This document shows positions 34,132 through 45,239 of a stretch of 64,000 bases of DNA, piece after piece. Location of the stretch: the NCBI RefSeq assembly GCF_000143415.4, contig NW_003314319.1, positions 586,365 through 650,364 on the forward strand. Direction: 5' to 3'. Origin of the DNA: Selaginella moellendorffii. Taxonomy: Eukaryota > Plantae > Lycopodiophyta. The position numbers and the translations under genes are program-made. Under the pieces are notes generated by a model. The model ran no database searches, was not told where the DNA came from, and saw only the letters and a program-made list of their open reading frames with translations. Positions within the stretch are counted from its first letter, which is position 1, and each line of letters opens with the position of its first letter.

Positions 34132-34225
34132 TACCTCTTCTTTGCCCTCTCAAAACCCTAACATTTGCTTGCTAACTTATAGCCGGATATTCGTTTAGGG
34201 AAAGGGGACAGTTGGGACGAGAGCG

Positions 34226-37200
34226 ATGGCCAAGAAACGGGCCAAGGGATCCTCGGCCGCCATCGCAGCTGCGCAATGGAAGATCGGCGACCTTGTTCTT
34301 GCCAAAGTGAAGGGATTCCCGGCGTGGCCGGCTCAGGTACGAGCGAAAATCCGTGCCGCATTTGCTCTTGCTCCACCGTGCTGTGAAAATCCTTGATTCG
34401 TGAGGAACTGATGGACGCACAGGTCAGCAGGGCAGAGGATTTCGGGCGGCAGCGCAATCCCGCCAAGGTTTTCGTGGTCTTCTTTGGAACGAAGCAAATG
34501 TAAGAGACAACGCAATGTTCTTGTGATGCTTTTCTTTTGTGAGAGGAGTAACGATTGTAGAACTTTTTTCTTTCCTTTTTTTTCCCAGCTCTTGCGAGTG
34601 ATCCAACTTTCGTTCCTCATCGGTTTCTTCATTACAGACGCTTCTGCCAGCATTCGGAGATCTCAGCCTTTACTGTGGAGGCCAGAGCCGCGCTTCATGC
34701 CAGGACGCTATCGAAATGCGTCCCCTCGGATCTCAAACGAGCAGTGAAGGAGATATGCGAGGTGGCTGACGAAAGTGGAGAGCTAACAGTGACGAGGGAG
34801 CTCGATCAACCCGGGAGTGACAAAGACAATGACGTGCAGAGCTCCAGTAACGTGGACAACATCCAGGCAGCTGGTACCTTGGCTCAGTCACTGGAATCCA
34901 GGAAAGGGAATGGAGCGAACGTCCATCTTTCTAGGCCTGACAGTGGACGAGGGAAGAGAAAGAGGAGCACAGTCCAGATTGAAGAGCGAACCGATGGAAG
35001 AGACAGCCATCTTAACCAGAGAGACTGGGAGTCTTCGTGTACGAACTCGTGCAACAGCATGCTCGAAGGGGGGAACCAGGGTGTGCCGCTTGTGGACAAA
35101 GTGCTTACAAACTTCGCTTTTCACGAAGAGCTGGATTCCTTCAACAATGGTGTTCTTGAGGAGGATGAGAGGGAGAAAAGCGATCTGCAGGAATCGCAGC
35201 AACATCCTCCTAAATTCAGCTGGCTGAGACACAGCTCTAGATCGTCGACCAAGTTTCGGAGGAGAACGCTGAACTTCTCATCAATCAAAATCTGTCAAAA
35301 GAGGAAGAGGCAGATTGCGACAAAAAGATTACAGGCAAAAGTTGTAAGTGTGGCATTGCATTTGAAGAGTCTTGATCTGTTTGTTTTCTTCCAGGTTAGC
35401 TCTAGCAGTGATAGCGATGAAGACGATGATGATCCTGATTATGCGGAGGGATTTGGTGACTCTCTGGAGAGAAAACCAGGCGAGCTGAAAACAGCAGCAG
35501 TAAAGAAACAACGAACAGGCTGGTCTGAACAAAGGAAAAGACCCGAACCGGTGGTGGAGGAGATCTCAGACAAACATCTTCCTTTGGTAAAGAGGGCCAG
35601 TGCTCGCATTATTCACGAAGGATGCTGTGACAGAAAACCCTGGCACGAACCGAGGCAAAAACGATTTCCAAAGAAGCAGTGTCTCGAAGGCAGTGATTTG
35701 CAAGATTTGAAGACGTCAAACATGGGCGACAAGAGGCAATTCCCGTTGAAAGCTGAAAAGTATCGCCTACGAAGCAGTTTGACAGACAGTGAGGCACCTC
35801 TTCCTCCGTGTAAACGTCGCCAGCGAGTCTTAGAAGTGATGACAGGTGGTACTGAAGGCTCGGAGGATGAAGAAGCTGCCAAGCCAAAAGCAGGAACAAC
35901 TTCGAGATCCAGTCGACTCCTGAAAAACGGAAAAGGAAGTAGCAGAGCAGACGTGCCTGTAAAAAGTTTACAGGGTCCCAAGACTTTGCGACCTGATACA
36001 ACGCTAAAAAAGCTGAAGAATCAAAAGGCTCAGCTCGGATGTGAAACATCAAGGGAGGAACATTTGCCGAGGCGCACTTTGTTCAAGAGGAGGCTGGTAC
36101 GGAACAATCTCGCAGTAGAAGATCACGAGCTGAGCGTGGACTACCTGAACGTAACGCACTCAGCTTCTCGGTTTTATTGCGAAGACGTCAACAGGGTCAG
36201 AGAAGCGTAAGTCATTTGCATCAGGCACACTCCTCGGTGTTGCTAATCTATCTCCTGGTTTTTGCAGATATGAAGCTGCCAAAGAGAAGAAGCAAAAGCT
36301 TGCTTCCAAGAATACCTCCGCTCCTTCAACCTCCATGAAATACTATCTTGCCGTTTCTCATTCCAAGCAGAACTTTTCGGTTCCCTCGATGCTGTATTCC
36401 AGAAAGTCTGACCCGCACCGGGAAGCTGCTCTGAGGTTGAACATGTTTTCGTTGGAGAATTCACTAACACTTATAATCTTCACGGTAAATAATCGTCCTC
36501 TTTTATTTCGCTCGGACATAATGTCAAGTGATAAACATGCAGTGCGGAGGCAGATTCGGCACAAGATGCACTTGAAGGCTTGCTGGACAATCTCTCAAGA
36601 GCCAAAGATAGTATCGGCCGTGTTACTCGTCAAGCGGTTGATTGTGCAAGGCTTGGAACCAGCGAACAGGTATTATTCTTTCTTTTCGTTCCTATCATTG
36701 ATCTCTGAAGCTTTCTCATTGTCAAGTAGGCGATTGATATTATAGCCAGAAGGCTGGAAACGGAAAAAAGCTTTCACAGGCGCATTGACTTGTTCCTGGC
36801 AATCGACTCTATAGCGCAATGGTCACATAACCAGAAAGGTGTGAGAATGATAAAAGCTTTTTTCTTGTTTGTGTTCTTTGAAACCCGTAAACAATTTCAG
36901 GAACGGCCGCTGGAGCGTACAGTTCCTTGATACAAAATACCTTGCCCCGCCTGCTAAGTGCTGCAGCTCCTCCTGGCAACTTTGCGAGAGAGAATCGAAG
37001 GCAGTGTTTAAAGGTAACGAATCTCTATCAGGATGCCGATGTTCTGACACGAATCGTTTCCAGGTTCTCCAGCAGTGGCTGGAACGCAACGTCTTCCCAG
37101 AGTCCGTTGTCCGGCACTTCATGCGCGAGATCGAGTTTCACGACGCCGACAAGCCAGCCAACTTGAACGCCGGCCAGCGTCCGTGTAGAACCGAGCGCCC

Positions 37201-37657
37201 GCTCAACGATCCAATCCGGGAGATGGAAGGCATGCAAGTCGACGAATATGGCAGGTGATAGAGAGAGTATTTTTGAGAAAACGCGCTCACGCAGTCTTTG
37301 TCTTGTAATTGCAGCAACGCCAGCTTTCCGTTGCCGGGCCTGGCAATGCAGCGAGGCCCGGAAGACGACGAGTATAGCGGTGGAAAGATTGGAGGAGAGG
37401 ACGAAGAGCTAGCTCCCGACCCGGCAGGACAATCCAGGTACCCCCACGTCTTGGAGCAAGTCGATGGCGAGCTCGAGATGGAAGACGTCTCGCCGGTGGT
37501 GGAGATAAACTGGGCCAGGCACTACGACGGGCACTTGTTCTACCTCCAAGCTCCGCCTTTGCCTTCGTCTCCGCCGCCGTGCACTCCTCCTCCTCCGCCG
37601 CTGCCTCCTCCGGACAGATTCGATCAACGCTACTACAGATTTGGCTACACTACGTGA
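34226..37657 (+). CDS. HUA2/HULK-like PWWP + CID-domain protein
   Basis: WKIGDLVLAKVKGFPAWPA, VFFGTKQI; LDNLSRAKDSIGRVTR, RRIDLFLAIDSI, RPCRTERPLNDPIREMEGMQVDEYG, DGELEMEDVSP, polyproline tail. Confidence 0.9.
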
Positions 37658-37755
37658 GAGGTAAGTTCTATCTCTTCTTTTTGTTTTTTCACATTATTTT
37701 ATTGTGCTTTGGTTGAATAACAGCAAACTATCATAGTCCCCTTTGTGTGGATCAT

Positions 37756-38520
37756 CTAGTCATCCATAGGATCATCTGGCGTGTCCTGTGGCTTTCTCTT
37801 GATCACTAGCACGGGGCACGTTGCATGGGTGGTACAATAGAGGCTCACGGTACCAACAAACATCCTGCACGAGAAAAGCTTGCGTGATCCCCGGAAGAAC
37901 TTGGGAGTTGAGTGAGAAGAGGACTCTACCTTTGCATCGTTTTGAGACCTCTGCTGCCAAGCACTAGCATGTCCGGCTGGAGCTTGGCAGCCTCTTTGCA
38001 GATGAGCTCCTTGGGATCGCCTGCTTTGATCCAAGCTTTACAGGGAATCTTCCCAAGAAGAAGAAAAAAAATTGGAGTTCATCAAAGGTTCTTTGTGAGA
38101 TCTACCTTTGCATCGTCGCAAATCCGAACGAAATGCTCCAGCAAATGCAACCCCCGCGTGAGCTCCCGCTCCTTCATGCTGTGGAAGTCACTGGCGGATT
38201 CATACACACTGTCGAGATCGTCGTCCGGCCCTGGAGAGAAGAAACGCTAAAGATCAAACAGCGATCGAGCGAGAGAGATCTCACCGACCATCTTCGTCGG
38301 GGACCTGGATGTGGAGGATGCTAAGCTCGAAATCCTCGCGGCGATGGCCAATGGAGGAGGAGGTGGGCTTGACGAGCTTGTCGAGCACCCAGTGGAAAGC
38401 GGTGTCGCTGCTGATCGATGCGTGGGGATAGCCCTTGATCGATGAGTGACTCACAGCGATTAAGATCCTTGTCTTGGATGTGGATTGCTCCTTCTTCTCC
38501 TCTTCGTTACCGCTCGCCAT
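37756..38520 (-). CDS. Universal stress protein A-like
   Basis: RILIAVSHSSIKGYPHASISS, GDPKELICKEA, LVLGSRG, FVGTVSLYC..CPVLVIKRK..PDDPMDD*. Confidence 0.92.
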
Positions 38521-38705
38521 GACCAAAAGACATGTGTCTACTTACCCTACAAACGTTCTTACTAATGTAAAATCGTTTTCCACCCGAAATCTTACCAAGA
38601 TACATGCCCAAACTGGGCAAATGCTGTAAGCTGTAAAACTCAAAGAACAAAGTTGGGATTTACTATATAGGTAACTTTTTATGAGATGCTGCCACGTAAG
38701 GAGAG

Positions 38706-40435
38706 ATGAGAGCTCTTCTCGTTCTCAAGCCTTTGCTTCTCTCCAGCTGCCAGGTTTCTAGGTTTTGCGCCCGCGTGCCCCATTCCAGGCGATCGGCCAT
38801 GGCGTCTGGGAGCTGTGCCGGATTGGCAGCCAATTCCGCGGCGGCGACGTCGGCGATCGCGCTATCCCAAAGCGCTCGCGCGATCCCAGATCATCAGGCG
38901 GCATTGTCGCCCCTGCAAGATTTCGACTCCTCTGCGAATGCAATCGTAAGTGGATCATCTGTCTCGGCTTACCGGATGGAAATTTGTGCTCGTTTCTTAC
39001 CTCTAGATCCTCGAGCCAGTCCGGGAGGGAGGTCAGGATGTGGCTATCGTGTTCGCTTCTGGCGCATTGACGCCCGCGAGCGATTACATCCCGCTTTGCC
39101 AGGAGATCCAGCGCTCTTGCGAGCTCCGGATGTGGATTGCGATTGTCAATCCTCCAAATAACGTGATTTCCCAGGAGATCATCGAGCAAAGCCTGGATGG
39201 AATTCTCGAGAGGATGAAAGACCGTGGGTTTCGTCCAGGACAGCTTGCAATGGATAACATCTTCATCGCAGGCCACAGGTACGCGATTCACATTGTTTTT
39301 TTTCTTATCTTTGTGATGATCTAAACGAGCTAGCCTCAGCTGGGGAGCCTGGACTGGAAGAGCAGTAGCAGTGGGTCGTGCTCAAGGATTCATCCAGATT
39401 GGAAGCTGCTTCCACACGAATCCAGATAATCTGAGCCAGTATCCAAAGCCGGTTCTCACTTTGAGCGGGGAGCTGGATGGACAGATCACTTTGGGAGCGA
39501 TTGCCAAGCATGCAGGAGAGATCTTCGACGTCGAGGAAGAGATGGGAAGCTTCAATACTTATGGAAGGAAGCCCGTGGTGGTCATCCCCGGCATGAACCA
39601 TGCACAGGTCTCACACGGAGTTCCAAACAAAGCTAGAGGAGACCTCGACGCCGAGATACCAATCGAGCAAGCTCGAACTGATGTTGGGAGATTGATCGCT
39701 GCCTTCGTCACGGTACATGCTGCTCCCGAGAGCGCGAGTGCGTTGCTTGAGCTGGAAAAAGCTGTGAAGAACACACACGAGACGTGTAGGAGTTACTGGG
39801 AGGCGATAAAAGAGCAGGGATCATCCGGCGTGAAGAACTATCAGCTCGATCTCGCAAAGGTATCGCCTCAAGTTTTGAGCGAGGGCCAGGTTTCTGTGAT
39901 CCAGCACGACTACGAAGACAACTTTGTCTACTCCAAGCCGTGGATCGAGCACAAGCCAGCACGCAAGGTGTTTGTCAACACGTACTTGAAGAGCCAAGAC
40001 AACTTTCAGGTGGTGCGGAGCTTGTGGATCAAAATGAAGAGCAGGGAAGCGATCACCACAGCTTTTAAAGCAGCTGACGATCAAAAGGACGACGCTGCAT
40101 CATCACCATCGTCCAGGATCGCTGCCGGTTTCAACGAGAGAACGTTTCAAGAGGCCTTGAAGCTGGTCCCGGAGAGAGCCCGGGCAAAGTTCCTGGACCG
40201 TGGGAGGAAGCCGAGATTTGTGGACGATCTGGTGATCTCGGACTCGGCCCCCAAGTGGATCAAGAGCGACGTAACTTTGGTCGCTGCCGAGGATGGATTT
40301 GCCGACGTTCAATCGCCAGTTCTAATCAGTCCGATGGAGATGCCGCCCAGATTCGCTGGAATGCACTACATGAAACTTCTCACCATTGCTGGAGCCATGA
40401 AGTGGATCTTCACGGACTGCTATCGTACTACGTGA
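38706..40435 (+). CDS. Alpha/beta-hydrolase-fold protein with probable transit peptide
   Basis: Nucleophile motif GHSWG (formed across the intron 39279-39339), PVLTLSGELDG (Asp), GMNHAQ (His); start could be 38799. Confidence 0.75.
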
Positions 40436-40747
40436 TAAACGTTCGTGACAAAATGAAAACCATATGATATGTGAGCTGTATCTCAGCCGCTTGTTTGAAG
40501 GGCTCATGTTCGTCCACGTGTCGAGTATTGGTCTTGACTTTCTCATCTCGTTTAAACAAATCAAAGAGAATTGGATGTGTAAGAGTGGAGAGACTGTGAC
40601 CTATCCGGCCTCTCGGAGCTCAGGGATGCGATTGCTGTGAAGGTACGGTCTCTCTTTCTCGCGATCTTCGATTTTCTTGTGGCCGCATTGTGGATCTGGA
40701 TCGGATTCTAGGGAATCTGCGCAAGAGTCACCGATCCTCGGCTAGAC

Positions 40748-43020
40748 ATGGCAAGAAACCGGCATTTGTTCTTGGCGCTCCTCCTCGCGGCACTGCTGGC
40801 ATGCGCGAGCTTCATCCAGGTACATTCCGAGGATGCCGACGATCTGGAAGATCTGGACGCCGAGGACGAGCCGCAGCACAAGGCCGCTGCTCACGATCTT
40901 GCCGAGGAGGGGCCCGAGGAGGAGGATTATGGATCCTGGGAGGACGAGCAGTATCCAGCCGTGGACGATAAGGACGTGGTGGTGCTCGGCAGCGGCAACT
41001 TCAGCGATTTCATCAAGAAGAACAAGTTCGTGATGGTGGAGTTTTATGCTCCGTGGTGTGGCCACTGCCAGCAGCTAGCTCCAGAGTACGCCGACGCCGC
41101 CACCAAGCTCAAAGGTGAAGTGGCTCTTGCCAAAGTAGACGCTACCGTGGAGCACGACTTGTCCCAGGAGCATGAGGTACAAGGATTTCCAACCATCTTC
41201 TTCTTCGTGGATGGTGTGAAGCGCTCATACTCGGGGCACCGGACTGGGTAAGCGAGATCTCTGCGTGAAAACCTTTATATTCTCGTATTCTTTTTCTTCA
41301 GGGATGAGATCATTAAGTGGATAAAGAAGAGGACCGGGCCTGCTGTTACAAATGTGGATTCTGTTTCTGATGCCGAGACGATTCTAGCAGCTGGAAGCCC
41401 AATCGCTGTCGCTTTCTTGAGCAGCTTGGAGGTATTTTATAGTTGATCTGATGGTATCTCACTGTTTTAGTTCCCAGGGTGCTGAAGCCGAGGAGTTCGC
41501 TGCTGCTGCACGTCAAGACGATAATGTGTTGTTCTATCAAACTACGAAGGCAGAAGTTGCGGAACGATTTGAACTGAAAAGGAAGAAGAGCCCAGCGGTG
41601 GTTCTTCTGAAAAAGGAGCACGAGACAACTTCTCACTTTGGTATTTGTATTTTATGTACAAGGCGATCTAACTTCTGACCTTGATTATCACAGATGGCAA
41701 GTTCGAGAAAGATGCAATCTCACAGTTCGTCTCAACAAATAAATTGCCTTTGGTTATTGTTTTTAGTGGGGAGAATTCTAGTTTGATATTTGACAACCCG
41801 ATAAAGAAACAGGTATGGTGTTCAAATTGTGGGATATTTAAACTTGGTACTTTTTTATTCCAGCTTCTCCTTTTTGCTGGTGGCGAAGATTTCAAATCGT
41901 TGTATCCTTCGTATCAATCTGCGGCAAAAGCATTACAAGGAAAGGTTAGTGCTTTTCATTATGTCTCTGCTCGTTCATAAAGCATCTGGTGGGACAGCTT
42001 ATTTTTGTTCATGTTGACACTGCGGGAGAGGATGCGGCACAGATCACTGAGTATTTTGGTATCACCGCTGAGAAGCCGAAGGTAGAAGCTACGCTAGAAA
42101 TATCTTGATTTTACCAAATAATCTTTCAGGTGATGGGATTTTCTCCGGACGAGCAACGAAAGTTTATGTTGGATAAGGATATCACCACAGATAACCTCAA
42201 GGTGGTTTTCTTTTGTCACGTCCACTTTCTGTGTACTGAAGTTTCTTTTTTTCTGGCAGGCTTTTGGTGAGGACTTTCTGGCAGATAAGCTTCAGCAATT
42301 CTATAAATCTGAACCAGTACCAGAGAAGGTAATCCTATATGATTTCAGACAGTGGGCTCATCAGACAGTGCTTGTAGAATGATGGAGATGTAAAAATCGT
42401 CGTGGGTAGCAACTTCGACGAGATTGTTCTGGACGAGTCCAAGGATGTCTTGCTGGAGGTACACTGCTATATCTTAGCTTGTATATTCTACATTCTTCCT
42501 CTCGCCACGAATCCCCCTCGCAGATTTATGCTCCGTGGTGCGGGCATTGTCAAGCACTGGAGCCCATCTACAACAAGCTCGCAGCTCGGCTCCGAGAAGT
42601 CAAATCTCTGGTGATTGCCAAGATGGACGGAACAGCAAACGAACACCATCGGGCAAAGGTTCGTGTGATGTGGTCCTCTGTTCATTTCACTTCATCTCTT
42701 TTTTTTTTATCTTACGTACACGGTTGTCGTGTTGGTGCAGTCGGATGGTTTTCCCACGCTCTTGTTTTTTCCCGCTAACAAGAAGAGCTTTGACCCGGTA
42801 AGCACGCAATTCTTTTCGTCATGAGATCTCTCTGAGAAAAACTCTGGCTGCGTCGCAGATCACGGTGGACGCGGACAGGAGCGTCAAAGCCTTCTACCAG
42901 TTCTTGAAGAAGAACGCCGCGATCCCATTCACGCTACCAAAATCCGAGAAGACGAAATCTCAAGCTCCAGAGGAGGCAGCCGCCCCTCCCAAGAAGGAGG
43001 AGCTCAAGGACGAGCTCTAA
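40748..43020 (+). CDS. Protein disulfide isomerase (acidic N-terminal PDIL1-3/1-4 type)
   Basis: Signal peptide, acidic region, two YAPWCGHC motifs, C-terminal KDEL*. Confidence 0.96.
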
Positions 43021-44138
43021 GAAAATGAGAGAAGAGACGAGATCTCACTGGAGAACGTTTTTTAAGCAAACACGAGGAGAGAAGAAAAAAAAATTGGACT
43101 GCTGTTCCCAGGATTCGTACCGGCGCCCATCGCTATCCGGGCAGGCAGGCCCATGGCCATGCCGCATTACTCCGCTGCCCGTATGACGTGGCGCGCGGCA
43201 GGCGCCGGGCAGGCAGGGCGGGCAGGCATGGGGGCCATGCATGGGCATGCGGGGATATGGAGGCCGGTGGATGAACGGCGGCGATAAGGGGAAGTAAGGG
43301 GAGCAACCAACGCGCTCGATCTTGGAGGCGGAGGAGGGGCGCTATTTCACCAAGTGGCAGCATCGCAACGAAGAAGAAGACGCACACTGCCCATCAGAGA
43401 CCACACACGTAAGGGAAAGGGGCTTTGTTTTTCTTGCTTGTGGCGTGCCGCGTGCTTGTGTGATTTCTACCCTAGCGCCGAGGCGCGGGCGAGCGAGCGA
43501 GCTCTCGGCGCTCCCTGTGGCGGGCGCTGAGATTGCCGATGCCTGTCTCTGTGTCTCCCCCCGGATTGATTGATTGGGTTTTAGCTGAGGATGATCCTCG
43601 GCAATGCGGGAAGGGATTCTTCTTCTTGTGATTCTCGTTTCTGGATAGAAGGGAGGAGGAGGAGGAGAAGGCGCTGGTGTTCCAGGGGCTGCTACTCGGT
43701 GGAGCCGGATTGAGCTTCTCCTCTCGGTGTGTGGGAAATTGCTTTCTTTTTTTTCCTTGTTATGGTTTCTTGGTCGCGCTAGGAAGTTCTGTGTAGAGGG
43801 TGTGTGCGTTCCCAGTGGGAGGTTTTTTTCTTGGTTTTTGTCGCAGTGCCGCTCAAAGATGTTTTTTTTTTCGCTCTCGCTCATTGTTTTTGATTGTTGT
43901 GGCACTGCTGCTTATGGCGTTGTTACGTCGGCAGCCCAGCCAGCCGAAGGGGCGAGAAAGCTTTGTTGTTCTTTCGGGAGAGAAGGGGGCCGAGTTTTTC
44001 TTGTTCTTTCTTTTTTGTTGTTTTTTTCGTCAGGCACAGCATTTGACTTCTCTCGGCTTGGAAAACTGGCCACGCGCGTTTTTCTAACCTTTTTTTTCCT
44101 CCTCTCTTCTCTCTCTTGTACTTTGCAGGAAAAAAAGG

Positions 44139-44968
44139 ATGGCGGACGTGGGAAGTCCCAGGAGCCAGGATAGCCCACACTCGGACGACGCTGGTGGCCA
44201 TGGTGGCGAACGCGACAACTCCAACGTAAGGGAGCAAGACAGGTTCCTTCCCATCGCCAACATCAGTCGGATAATGAAGAAGGCGCTGCCGGCGAATGCA
44301 AAGATCGCCAAGGATGCCAAGGAGACGGTGCAAGAATGCGTCTCGGAGTTCATCAGCTTCATCACTAGCGAGTAAGTATTGCTTCGATCCTTTGTGGTGA
44401 TGTTAACTATCTTCTTCTACTTTGTAGAGCCAGTGACAAGTGCCAAAGAGAGAAGAGGAAGACGATCAATGGCGATGACTTGCTATGGGCAATGAGCACG
44501 CTGGGCTTCGAGGAGTACTTGGAACCTTTGAAGATCTACTTGCAAAAGTACAGAGAGGTAACGGAGCTCTAGCTTTTCTTTCTTCTCGAGGCTAACAGGG
44601 TTTCATGTTTGTCACTCCAATGGCTCTTGTGGAATCAGACGGAGGTGAGAATCACTTGTTTTGTTTTGGATCTTCGAGGATGAGTTCTAAAACCTCTAAA
44701 AAAATCGCAGGGAGACAAAGGATCGGGAGTCAAGGGAGAAGGCAAGAAGGACCAGAGCATGGCTGTTCCATCTCCTGTCCAGGTGTGTTCTTGCGTAAGT
44801 TTAGCTTGTTCATCGTCACTGACGATGCGTTGTTTCGATTTTTCCAGTCGAGTATGTACACCAGCATGAGTTACTTGCCACAGCAGGTAACAACACAATT
44901 TCCATCGCATTTGTCACGGCACTAAAGTTCTTCCATTGCAATTCTTTTCGTGAGTGCAGGCACTCTAG
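44139..44968 (+). CDS. NF-YB / HAP3 subunit, non-LEC1 type
   Basis: [70 protein letters not shown]; K rather than the LEC1-diagnostic D. Confidence 0.95.
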
Positions 44969-45239
44969 AGTGAGTGGACAAAGCTCTCGTAAAATTTGTA
45001 TGATGGTGATACTCTCCTTGTGAGTTATAGCTAGCTTCTCAAATCAAAACAACGTCCTTTAATTCCATCTCTAATTGTTCCAAGCACGAACTCTAATATC
45101 ATACATGGTTTCGCTGGAAATCTTTTGAGAGGTCTAGAATCAAAGAGAGCTAGGGTTCTTTAGTATTGTCTACTTTGTGGAATGGATATTTAACGCGTTG
45201 GGAGCTCCGGCGTCGAAGCCTCTCCAGATTGGATCGCCC

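Noticed and set aside
43342-44173. ORFs of 136-187 aa upstream of NF-YB
   Set aside because: Low-complexity translations of a T-rich leader intron
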